From: a virus
Lineage: Duplodnaviria; Caudoviricetes
Virus record (IMG/VR): IMGVR_UViG_3300042868_009047
DNA: 64,000 nucleotides
Direction: 5' to 3' (one strand)
Part shown: in pieces, positions 18,473-27,273 of the stretch
How positions within the stretch are numbered: position 1 is the first letter of the stretch
Layout: the number at the start of each line of letters is the position of its first letter
Translations under genes and position numbers: made by a program
Notes under the pieces: generated by a model
What the model was told of the DNA's origin: nothing
The model's database searches: none
What the model saw: the letters and a program-made list of their open reading frames with translations, nothing else

Positions 18473-21319
18473 TTAAGCAAGTGGCTCAACGAAAAAATCA
18501 CTAGTATAATTCGCAGTACCATTGTCGGTTTGTGACATTGTTTTTTTAAGCCACGCACCCGCCATAACAGGATCTGAACCAAAAAATTCTTTTGCACTTA
18601 TTTTTTGGGTACCATTTTTAGTTTTTGCTTCAATTTCTCCGTTTATCACAACTGTGATTGTTTGGTCACCACCATTTGTATTAGAATTTGCATATTTATT
18701 AGCATTTAATTCTGATATCATAGCCATACCTTGTCCAGCACCACCATTTGTATTAGAATTTGCATATTTATTAGCATTTAATTCTGATATCATAGCCATA
18801 CCTTGTCCAGCACCACCAGACCATTCTGTTCCGTCAGAAAATCTAACATAATCCTGTACGTTTTGTGTTGGTAGGTATTCCATGTCATATACATCTCTAG
18901 CCCAAGCACCATTATTACCAATACCTTGACCCTTTACAGCGTTATCAATAATTGATGATTCAAGACTACCAACACCAATACCACCAGTTTGTAAAGATGC
19001 TAAAGCGTCTATTGTTCTAGCCCCACCAATACCTGTTCTGGCGATACCAGCTGTAAGATAATCACTGTTACCAAATGCGGCTGGAATTAAACCAATAACC
19101 GATTCAGCGGCACCACCAATTACATTTAAAAGACCACTACCAAAACCAATCGCTGAATCACCAGGCCCCATATACAAAGCATTTTGCGCTACATTACTAA
19201 TTTTTTTATCAATTAATTTTTGATTATCAATACCCATTTTTTGGCTTATAGCCTTTGTTTTGGCATCACCTTCTTCTAATTGTAATGCCGCTGATAACAT
19301 AGCATCTCCAACACCAAAAGGTAAACCTTGTAAAGCTTTAAATATTTCAGCAAAAGCTATCTTAATAAAAGGCATTACACCATCCATAAAAAAACCACCT
19401 ATTTTTCCAAAAACTTCACTGATCCTATTCCAAAAAGGTGTTTTTTCATTACCCATAATAGCTTTAATTTCACCAAGAAAATCCGTAAAACCTTTTAAAA
19501 ACATATCAAGACCCTTACGTAATGGACTATCTGCGTTAAATAAGTCTGTAATCATCGGTATTAATTGTGACGCAATAGTTTTGCCCAATTCTTCAACTTT
19601 TTGTAAAAAACCAGAATTTGATAATAACTCGTCTAGCTTGGTAAATAATGGTGTTAAACCAATTGCAAATCTATCCAAAACATTATTAAGTCTTTCTTGA
19701 AGGGTTAATCTTTGTTTTGCCGCATCTTCATTTGCTTTTCTTTGTGATAATATATTTTTTAACTGATCTTGACTTGTGATATTACTAACTAATTCACTAA
19801 CACCGTTAGGCATTTTAATTTCATATTGACCTTTTTTATTTATAGTCATTAGGTTAGCCAACGCTTGTTGGTCGTCATCAGTAATACCAATTAAAGAGCC
19901 AGCGCTTTTGCTTAGCGTATTCATCTTATCAGCTGTCCTAGCTTGTTCAATGCCAGCGTTAACTATTTGATCGTAATTTTGACCTAAGGCTTCCGCTGTT
20001 TCCTTTAATATTTGACGTTGAGCTGGTGGTATAATAAAATCACCATTTTTGTTTTTAATCGCTAAACTCTTTGCGGAATTTATTAATTTTTCAGCCATAC
20101 CATCCGCATTATTCATTGAGTCATACATTAACTGGAATGGATCCCCAAACATTTGCGCAAACTCACCACCAAGTACTTGTATCTTAGCAGCGGCTTCTAC
20201 AGCTTTTTCTGGACTAAAGAAAGCGTCTTTAAAAGATTTTATTGATTCACCTAAGTTAAATCTTAATGATTCAGCTTTAGCGGCCAATTTTGTTAAACCC
20301 TCAACGCTTCTACCAAAACCAGATCCTGTTAAAGCTTTAACAACTTCTGTGGTTGTTTGTAATAATTTTGTTTGGTTAATATTAAATCTAGCAGCTTCGT
20401 TTCTACCTTTTTGAGCAACTTTAAGTGTTGTGCTTAAAGAATAACCTAAGTTATCAAATTCTGCAACCATCTTAGTTGCACCTTCAACAGCCAATCCAGT
20501 GTTATTACCTAATTTAACAATATCGGTAATTTCTTCAGCGCTAAAAATTCTATTCTTACCAGTTTCATCACTAAATCCTTTTATGATTTTACCAATATCT
20601 TCAATCTTACCACCATACCCAAGTATTTCATTGTATATTGTTGGCATCATATTTAATAAGTTTCGGTACTCAATAGCTGTCATACCAATATCAGCTGATA
20701 ATGCACCAACAACTTTTTGCATTTCAAGAAATAACTTATAAGCTTTTTCGATAGGAAAAATAATTTTAAGTAACCCTACGCCAATATCAAAAGCCGCACC
20801 CAATATACTACCAAATACACTAAATAAACCACCAAAATTTGATGATAAGAATCCACCCACTTTACCAAACATATTAAGGGCTTGACCCATTTTACTAACC
20901 GAAGATTTAGCTGTTTGATAATTTACTTCTTCTATCTCTTTTTCAACCTGAAGTTGTTCTTTTTTCTTTTTAACTAACGCAGCCGCTTCTTTGTTACCTC
21001 TTCTTGTAAGTTCATCGGCAACCTTGCCCATGTTAACAATATCATCTTCGGTTTTTTTAAGACTTTTTTTGGCTTTTTTAAGGTTTTGAGCATCTTCAGC
21101 CATTTCTTTACCAAATCTTTTTAAGTTTTGATAAACCGATTGTGTTTTTAAATCCCACTCTCTACCAATCGCTTTTTTTTCGTTAATAGCATCGTACATT
21201 GACAACATACTATTAACGTGTTCCTCTTCTTGTTGGGCTGATATGATACCAGCTTTTTTTAGCGCATCAAGTTTCTTTTGTGCCCCTTCTAAATTACCAA
21301 AAAAATCTGCTTGTCCCAT
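18473..21319 (-). CDS. Tape measure protein, paralog A (948 aa)
   Basis: Coiled-coil N-terminus, Gly/hydrophobic central patch and AVEAAAKIQVLGGEFAQMFGDPFQLMY motif. Lies downstream of the tube/chaperone genes and upstream of the baseplate genes. Confidence 0.8.
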   Translation of the reverse strand: MGQADFFGNLEGAQKKLDALKKAGIISAQQEEEHVNSMLSMYDAINEKKAIGREWDLKTQSVYQNLKRFGKEMAEDAQNLKKAKKSLKKTEDDIVNMGKVADELTRRGNKEAAALVKKKKEQLQVEKEIEEVNYQTAKSSVSKMGQALNMFGKVGGFLSSNFGGLFSVFGSILGAAFDIGVGLLKIIFPIEKAYKLFLEMQKVVGALSADIGMTAIEYRNLLNMMPTIYNEILGYGGKIEDIGKIIKGFSDETGKNRIFSAEEITDIVKLGNNTGLAVEGATKMVAEFDNLGYSLSTTLKVAQKGRNEAARFNINQTKLLQTTTEVVKALTGSGFGRSVEGLTKLAAKAESLRFNLGESIKSFKDAFFSPEKAVEAAAKIQVLGGEFAQMFGDPFQLMYDSMNNADGMAEKLINSAKSLAIKNKNGDFIIPPAQRQILKETAEALGQNYDQIVNAGIEQARTADKMNTLSKSAGSLIGITDDDQQALANLMTINKKGQYEIKMPNGVSELVSNITSQDQLKNILSQRKANEDAAKQRLTLQERLNNVLDRFAIGLTPLFTKLDELLSNSGFLQKVEELGKTIASQLIPMITDLFNADSPLRKGLDMFLKGFTDFLGEIKAIMGNEKTPFWNRISEVFGKIGGFFMDGVMPFIKIAFAEIFKALQGLPFGVGDAMLSAALQLEEGDAKTKAISQKMGIDNQKLIDKKISNVAQNALYMGPGDSAIGFGSGLLNVIGGAAESVIGLIPAAFGNSDYLTAGIARTGIGGARTIDALASLQTGGIGVGSLESSIIDNAVKGQGIGNNGAWARDVYDMEYLPTQNVQDYVRFSDGTEWSGGAGQGMAMISELNANKYANSNTNGGAGQGMAMISELNANKYANSNTNGGDQTITVVINGEIEAKTKNGTQKISAKEFFGSDPVMAGAWLKKTMSQTDNGTANYTSDFFVEPLA
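18667..18818. repeat. Perfect 72-bp direct tandem duplication (2 copies + 8 bp) in the TMP-A C-terminus
   Basis: Identical units start at 18667 and 18739 and encode GGAGQGMAMISELNANKYANSNTN twice. Confidence 0.97.
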
Positions 21320-21372
21320 ATATTAAATTTAATGATTATTGTTTAACTATAAATATTAAACATTCTATTTTA

Positions 21373-24087
21373 TTATGCATTATAGGCCATTTGGTTTATA
21401 ATTTGTTTGGATACGATATTTGTTGCATCTTTAATACCATTGTCATCTAAATCATGTTGTGTCATATCAATTGTACCTGTTAAGTTTAAGGTAACAATAG
21501 GTTTTTTAATTGATAAATTATCTTGGGCGCTTTGTGTAGCTTTTTGGTCAAAAAGTAATAAAGCGTCATCTTTTCTACCTTTTATGATTTTATCTTCTGT
21601 TTTTATCATTAAACCATCTTTATTGATAACATTATCACCACTAGAGTAATCTATGTAAGCGTTAGTGGCATCTAAACCTATTGATACCAATGTACCGACA
21701 CCAGGAACGGTTGATGCTATACCAGATGCTAAGGCTATTGTTGCTTGCCCATAGTCACCATCCATAGCTTGGCCTATAGCATCAAAAACACCAATAGCTA
21801 AACCAAGACCTGGTATTCTTTTACCAACGGTTTTAAAAGCGTTTTTTTGCATATTTTTTGCAATTATATGGGCACTAGCTTCAATCATTTTTGCACCTGA
21901 CTTATTAGTTAAACCTGTCATGTCCATACCACCATTTTTTTCATTGTAGATGGTTATTTTTTCTACAAGATTTTCTTGTTGGGTTTTAAATAAAACACTG
22001 TCTTGACCTGCGACTATAAGAGCGTTTTTTTGCATTTCTAATCCACTTTTTTCAAGTGACGTTACACCTAGTGTGGCATTATCTATTAGTTTACCAATTT
22101 TTTCAAGAAGGAAACCACCAGCAAATTTTAATATTGGTTTAAAACCAATATCAAGTCCATCAAGGAATTCGTAAATTGTTTCACTAAATTTTTCACCAAA
22201 TTCTTTTTTAGGGTCTTTCCAAATACTAAGGATTTTATCCATAATAATAGACATTGTGTTAAATATTTGCATTAAATTTTGACGAAAAGACCCCCCTTCA
22301 GAAAAAGCTTTATCTAAAAATATTATCATCTCGCTTGATATAGCTTTAACTGTTTCATCTAAATTGTTTAATGTGTTATGATTAGTTAGTAGATTGTTTA
22401 ATTCAACAAAAACTTGAGAAAAAGCTGTTGTAAATCTATCCACAACAATACCTATTCTTTCAGCTAACGAGTTTCTTAATAATGCTGATTGTTGATTTTT
22501 TCTTTCTTGGTTAAGAATAGCGTATATTTCCGTATTACCAGGTATATTCTCTAATCTTTGTATTACACCGTTTGATAACCTTATACTGTAAGAACCATCC
22601 TCATTTAATGTCATTAAATTTGTTAATAATTCATTTTGTTCATCAGTTAAACCAAATGTTGATACATTTCTTTTTCTTAACGCTTCAATTTTATCTGTAT
22701 ATTTAGCATCTTCAATAGCTGCATTAAATAACTCATCAGCATCTTGACCTATTGACTTAGCAAACTCTCTTATTAATTCACGATCAGCTGGTGATATTTG
22801 AAATCCGTTTCTACCTTTAAATGCTTTACCTTTAACAACTTCCATTAAATCAGCTGTTAGTTGTAAAGGATCTTCAATACTTTTAGCCATTAACATAAAA
22901 GGATCACTAAAATAAGTGGCAAATTTACCGCCAAGTAACCTAGCTGTTGCCGCAACTTCTATTGCTGTTTCTGGGTCAGTAAAAGCATCCTTAAAGGCAC
23001 CCACACTTTTTTTAACATCAATTCTAGCTTTTTGCGTTTTAATAACTAATTTTACCATACCCTCTAAACCTTTTTCAATACCAAAACCAGTTAGTTCAGT
23101 TATTGTCTCACTGGTTTTTTTAAGAACTTTTGTTTGGTTTTGAGAAACGGCCATGGTTTTATCTCTAACAAAACTTGTAAATTTTAATGTTCTATCTAAA
23201 GAATAACCAAGGTTTTCAAAATTACCAACAAGTTCACTAGCGGCACTAACACCAAGTCCAGTACCTAAACCAAGTTCGATTATTGATTTAAATTCAACAC
23301 CACTAAAAACTCTATTTCTGTTTGTTAATTTGTTATAACCTTCATATGCTTCACCAACTTGTTCAATACTACCACCAACATCTAAAACTTCTTGCATTAT
23401 CATCGGCATTTTATTTAAGAATTTAACGGATTCTTGTGCCAATAAACCAGAGTCGGCCGAAATACCACCAACAAGTTTTTGCATTTTTAAAAATTTTTCA
23501 TATACAGCACTAAAACCAAAATCGGCACCAAGTATATTACTTAAAAATGAAAAACCTACTTTAACAATACTAACAGCAACATTAAATAACATTTTTGCTG
23601 CGCCAATAATAACACCACCAACCACCATTATGGCAGCTAAATAAGGGTTACCAGATTTTGCGCCAGTTTCAACTGTATCAGCAACACTATCCATAGCCTC
23701 TTTAACATTTTTTTCAATTTCTAGTTGGGCTCTTCTTTTAAATAATGCTTGTCCTAACTCATTCTTATGGTTATTTATCGCTTTATTTTCTTTTTCTTTA
23801 TAATGATTTATTTGTTCTTCAAGAAATTGTATATTATTTTTTCTTTTTTGACGTTCTTTATAAATCTTTTCCTTTTCTTTTTGTACTCTTTTAAAATACC
23901 CCCATAAACTTTCGTTTTTGGCATCCCATTGATACATTTCTTTTTTTTGGGCAATAGCATCGTTATACGTATCAATTACATTTTGTACGTGCCCTTCTAT
24001 TATTTGTTGTGAATTGGCCGAAGCTGCTGTATTAACTTGCAGCTTTTTTACCATTTCATCTATTGCTGATGCTATATCTCCTTGCAT
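21373..24087 (-). CDS. Tape measure protein, paralog B (904 aa)
   Basis: Same architecture as 18473-21319, e.g. AIEVAATARLLGGKFATYFSDPFMLM and NLGYSLDRTLK vs NLGYSLSTTLK. The C-terminus has Gly/Ala-rich hydrophobic segments (KRIPGLGLAIGVFDAIG...VPGVGTLVSIGLD). Confidence 0.8.
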   Translation of the reverse strand: MQGDIASAIDEMVKKLQVNTAASANSQQIIEGHVQNVIDTYNDAIAQKKEMYQWDAKNESLWGYFKRVQKEKEKIYKERQKRKNNIQFLEEQINHYKEKENKAINNHKNELGQALFKRRAQLEIEKNVKEAMDSVADTVETGAKSGNPYLAAIMVVGGVIIGAAKMLFNVAVSIVKVGFSFLSNILGADFGFSAVYEKFLKMQKLVGGISADSGLLAQESVKFLNKMPMIMQEVLDVGGSIEQVGEAYEGYNKLTNRNRVFSGVEFKSIIELGLGTGLGVSAASELVGNFENLGYSLDRTLKFTSFVRDKTMAVSQNQTKVLKKTSETITELTGFGIEKGLEGMVKLVIKTQKARIDVKKSVGAFKDAFTDPETAIEVAATARLLGGKFATYFSDPFMLMAKSIEDPLQLTADLMEVVKGKAFKGRNGFQISPADRELIREFAKSIGQDADELFNAAIEDAKYTDKIEALRKRNVSTFGLTDEQNELLTNLMTLNEDGSYSIRLSNGVIQRLENIPGNTEIYAILNQERKNQQSALLRNSLAERIGIVVDRFTTAFSQVFVELNNLLTNHNTLNNLDETVKAISSEMIIFLDKAFSEGGSFRQNLMQIFNTMSIIMDKILSIWKDPKKEFGEKFSETIYEFLDGLDIGFKPILKFAGGFLLEKIGKLIDNATLGVTSLEKSGLEMQKNALIVAGQDSVLFKTQQENLVEKITIYNEKNGGMDMTGLTNKSGAKMIEASAHIIAKNMQKNAFKTVGKRIPGLGLAIGVFDAIGQAMDGDYGQATIALASGIASTVPGVGTLVSIGLDATNAYIDYSSGDNVINKDGLMIKTEDKIIKGRKDDALLLFDQKATQSAQDNLSIKKPIVTLNLTGTIDMTQHDLDDNGIKDATNIVSKQIINQMAYNA

Positions 24088-24089
24088 TA

Positions 24090-24908
24090 TTAAAGAGTGA
24101 CAATTATTTGTTTACCACTTTTTTCTATTTTTACAATGTCTTTTGATAAAGCATTGTTAACAAATTTTAAATTATTTTTATCATTAAAATAGGTTATAAT
24201 CTTATCAATTGTTGTTGTTTTTATATTATTAAACTCAATTTTTTTTGTTTCTGGTGGGTTTTGTTTATCTACATACACAACAACCGTATTATTATCAGTG
24301 GTTAATATAATTTTGTTAGGGTCATTTGGATCTATCTGTTGAGTAACATTTGTTTTTATAAAACTATCACCTTTTAAAATAGCAGATAAATTTTTAGCGT
24401 TTAAAAAAACTAAATTTGCGCTATAGTTAATTTTAATGTCATTATATTTTTGTAAGTCCTCAAAATACGCCATTGTTAATATAATTAAAGCTACATCTTC
24501 TGCATGACCTAAAACACTATTTTCGTATTTAAGTGAATACGATCTAATAGGTCTATAATTTTTACCAACAATTTTTAATAAACTACTTTTAGCGTTGTCA
24601 AGATTTCTTTCGGCACTATTAGCTGAAACATTAGCCGCAACATTTGACTTTACATCGTTTGCTACAGCATTTGGGTCTTTTTTAGCATCTTCTTCAGATT
24701 TTTTTAAAAACTCTGAAAAACTTAAAGGTTTAATACTTTCAGCATAATCTTTATTGTTATCATCATCACTTTTATTTGGATCTGGATTTGGGTTTTTAAA
24801 ATCGGGTGATTTAGAAAATTTAACTTTATCACTACCAAATGGCCATATCTCATCCAACTTATTGACAAGCTTCTCTAATTGAGCTTCTGTTATAATATAT
24901 TTTTTCAT
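24090..24908 (-). CDS. Hypothetical protein (272 aa), likely virion-associated
   Basis: Preceded by a late motif (24922-24929); N-terminal MKKYIITEAQLEKLV motif. Confidence 0.7.
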   Translation of the reverse strand: MKKYIITEAQLEKLVNKLDEIWPFGSDKVKFSKSPDFKNPNPDPNKSDDDNNKDYAESIKPLSFSEFLKKSEEDAKKDPNAVANDVKSNVAANVSANSAERNLDNAKSSLLKIVGKNYRPIRSYSLKYENSVLGHAEDVALIILTMAYFEDLQKYNDIKINYSANLVFLNAKNLSAILKGDSFIKTNVTQQIDPNDPNKIILTTDNNTVVVYVDKQNPPETKKIEFNNIKTTTIDKIITYFNDKNNLKFVNNALSKDIVKIEKSGKQIIVTL

Positions 24909-24942
24909 AACTGTGTTTTAATATAAATATCGAATAAAACAA

Positions 24943-24967
24943 AAAACCCACCTTGATAGTGGGTTTT
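24943..24967 (-). terminator. Intrinsic terminator after the chaperone genes
   Basis: AAAACCCAC-CTTGATA-GTGGGTTTT hairpin followed by a U-rich tract on the minus strand. Confidence 0.75.
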
Positions 24968-24969
24968 AT

Positions 24970-25143
24970 TTATCTTCTTCCAGCTTTCGCCTTATTCATC
25001 TCTCTTTCTCTTGCTTCTTTTATCTTATCATTTTCTTCCATCAAGATATCAATAAATTTCCTTCTCTCAAAAACTGGCATTGCCATTACGTCAGCATAGG
25101 TAAAATTAGCATGTTTAACCAGGATATATGATTCATACATCAT
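24970..25143 (-). CDS. T4 gp51-like tail/baseplate assembly chaperone (57 aa from ATG 25143; frame open upstream to ~25240, see finding)
   Basis: YILVKHANFTYADVMAMPVFERRKFIDIL motif; directly follows the gp26-like gene. Confidence 0.7.
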   Translation of the reverse strand: MMYESYILVKHANFTYADVMAMPVFERRKFIDILMEENDKIKEAREREMNKAKAGRR

Positions 25144-25156
25144 CTGGTTTCTATAA

Positions 25157-25915
25157 TCAAACGTAAGGCCAAAGAAATTTGGCTGTAATAGGAAGTTCAC
25201 CAAAAAAAAACTCTCCACTAGGAGCCTGTATATTAATGGTCAAATCAAGACCTGGTTCGTTGTCAGATAGATGCTTCCTGAACTCCGCTGAATCCATTGG
25301 TGACATGGTGTCAATAAATTGTGCAATAGCAACTTTTTCTCTAATACCATCTATTTCAGTAATTTGGGTTTGTAACCTAAGAGTCATAACTTGACTAATA
25401 GCATTTGAACCCATTTTTTTGGTTCTTGATTGATCTTCTTTAACCAACTTATCATCTTCATCAGATGTTAAATATTTAAATTTAACCGTTTTCTTGCATT
25501 TTGGTAAAGTAAATGAACACTCACCGTTTTCATCTGGTTGTAGAACATTCTCTTTCATTGGTAATTGACTAATATCAATATCCTCTGTAAATTTTTCACC
25601 TGTTTTAGGATCAGTTAATTCAACTGGGTATATTTCACCGTATCCTGTTGCTCTTAAAAAGAAAATGATAGCGTTTCTATCACCTGGTAATAATTGACCA
25701 GCTTTGATATCTTTATCTAAGATCTTTTTTTCTAATAAAACATCCAATACCTTACCGTTTTGTAATAAGTTTGGGGATGTTAAAATGTTCTCATCAGACG
25801 CTGTCATATAAGCAACCTTGATAGTATCTTTTTTGTTTTTGTAAAATTTACCACCTGAAGGTAAGCTAATCACGTCATGTGCTGGCTCAAAGTAAACTTG
25901 TTGTCCGTTATCCAT
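25157..25915 (-). CDS. T4 gp26-like baseplate hub / tail assembly chaperone
   Basis: ISLPSGGKFY, MTASDENILTSPNL and GDRNAIIFFLRATGYGEIY motifs; located between the tube and tape-measure genes. Confidence 0.8.
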   Translation of the reverse strand: MDNGQQVYFEPAHDVISLPSGGKFYKNKKDTIKVAYMTASDENILTSPNLLQNGKVLDVLLEKKILDKDIKAGQLLPGDRNAIIFFLRATGYGEIYPVELTDPKTGEKFTEDIDISQLPMKENVLQPDENGECSFTLPKCKKTVKFKYLTSDEDDKLVKEDQSRTKKMGSNAISQVMTLRLQTQITEIDGIREKVAIAQFIDTMSPMDSAEFRKHLSDNEPGLDLTINIQAPSGEFFFGELPITAKFLWPYV

Positions 25916-26031
25916 ATTTTTTATTTATTTAAATTAATTATAGTATATTATTAAATAGTGTAAACAGTATTTTTTTTAAAATTTACCGTTTAACCGTTTT
26001 TTGACGGTACTTATCATAATAATACACACAT

Positions 26032-26433
26032 ATGGCTAAAAAGAAAAGTAAAATAGGAAAATTATTTAAAAAAATGGGTGGAACTTCTAACCTTGAAGTA
26101 TCTTTTGCTGAAATACTTACAAGTTTGGGTGTAAAGTTTGAACAACATTTTGTCTTTAAAAAACGAGAATTTGATTTTTTGTTGACTGAACATAACATTT
26201 TGGTTGAAACTCACGGTTGTTTTTTCCATTGTTGTAAGAAACACAACCCAGAGGCCAAATACGCCTTTCAAAGACGAAACTTAAAGAATGATCAGTACAA
26301 GGTTAAAATCGTCAAATTTGACCCCGCATACACCTTAATGGTAATTTGGGAACATGAGTTGGAAACTCAAAACGTATTAACTGAAAAAATTAATACTTTC
26401 ATTGGAAAATACAGCAAATTGCTTAATGGATAA
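26032..26433 (+). CDS. Vsr/DUF559-like PD-(D/E)XK endonuclease
   Basis: FEQHF..KREFDFLLTEHNILVETHGCFFHC...NDQYK...LMVIWEHEL pattern. Confidence 0.8.
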   Translation: MAKKKSKIGKLFKKMGGTSNLEVSFAEILTSLGVKFEQHFVFKKREFDFLLTEHNILVETHGCFFHCCKKHNPEAKYAFQRRNLKNDQYKVKIVKFDPAYTLMVIWEHELETQNVLTEKINTFIGKYSKLLNG

Positions 26434-26463
26434 AAAAAGGGGACGCTATGCGATCCCCTTTTT
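26432..26463. terminator. Bidirectional intrinsic terminator between the convergent tail tube and endonuclease genes
   Basis: AAAAAGGGGA-CGCTATGCGA-TCCCCTTTTT; an A-tract and a T-tract flank the stem. Confidence 0.85.
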
Positions 26464-26483
26464 GTAAATAGTAATTGTAAATC

Positions 26484-26972
26484 TTAGTAGACCAATATAC
26501 AACGGTCCATTCTCAATGTCACGGTGATATCTGCGATTTCATCATCGCTGTATTCTAACGATCCAAAATCAGCATTGGTTATAAATGTACCTTGAAGGAT
26601 CCATTTTTCTACAACAACACCTGTTGGATCAAGCATTTCTAATTCAATATCTTTTTTATAACCAGCAGCATAACCCATTCTTCCTGTTACTGATTCAGCA
26701 TGTAAACGAACCCATTCCATTAATGCTTGTGAAGCAGAAGGACCAATTGGATCTTTAAACGTAACGTCAATAGCATCCCAAGTAAATCTACCAGCTACCC
26801 AGGTAGAAGTATTTAAGAACGGAATCTCAACTTCGTTTATTGCGATTTTTGGTCTTGACGTAGAGATTACAAACCACTCGTTAATACCAAGTGAGCTTGG
26901 AAATCTTAAAATAAACCTGTTCTTTCTTTTTGGTTCGTAAGGAACAGGCATTTTCATTAGTAAGTTAGCCAT
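26484..26972 (-). CDS. Tail tube protein (T4 gp19-like)
   Basis: YEPKRKNRFILRF, TSRPKI, GRFTWDAIDVTFKDPIGPS, YKKDIELEMLDPTGVVVEKWILQG and ADFGSLEYS motifs. Confidence 0.93.
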   Translation of the reverse strand: MANLLMKMPVPYEPKRKNRFILRFPSSLGINEWFVISTSRPKIAINEVEIPFLNTSTWVAGRFTWDAIDVTFKDPIGPSASQALMEWVRLHAESVTGRMGYAAGYKKDIELEMLDPTGVVVEKWILQGTFITNADFGSLEYSDDEIADITVTLRMDRCILVY

Positions 26973-27065
26973 ATTTTTTCTTTATTTAATTTTGTTTTAT
27001 TGTTTATTTATAAATATCTTTGTTTTTGCTTTTGTACACCTTTTTAAAAAAATATTTCAAAATAC

Positions 27066-27096
27066 TTGACTTTTACAGTTTTTTATCTTATTTTTG
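27066..27096 (+). promoter_or_regulatory. Bacteroidota-type promoter, antisense to the tail operon, with no downstream ORF
   Basis: TTG (27066-68), N20, TATTTTTG (27089-96), matching TTG-N19/20-TAnnTTTG. Confidence 0.55.
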
Positions 27097-27242
27097 TTAA
27101 GGGTCTTAACCAAAGTACTCTATTATTATAGTACTATAATATAATACTAATAATATTCTATTATATATATGTACTATATATTATTTTTTCTTTGTTACTT
27201 TCTTTTTTACCGCTAACGTAAATCTACCTACGGTAAAAAATA

Positions 27243-27267
27243 TGGGGGTACTTTTAAGGCACCCCCA
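27243..27267 (-). terminator. Intrinsic terminator after tail sheath
   Basis: Minus strand TGGGGGTGC-CTTAAAA-GTACCCCCA followed by TATTTTTT, 7 nt after the sheath stop. Confidence 0.8.
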
Positions 27268-27273
27268 GTATTA

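Noticed and set aside
16640-18818. Repeats as a CRISPR array
   Set aside because: They are in-frame coding repeats (72 and 174-180 bp) without unique spacers, and no cas genes are present.
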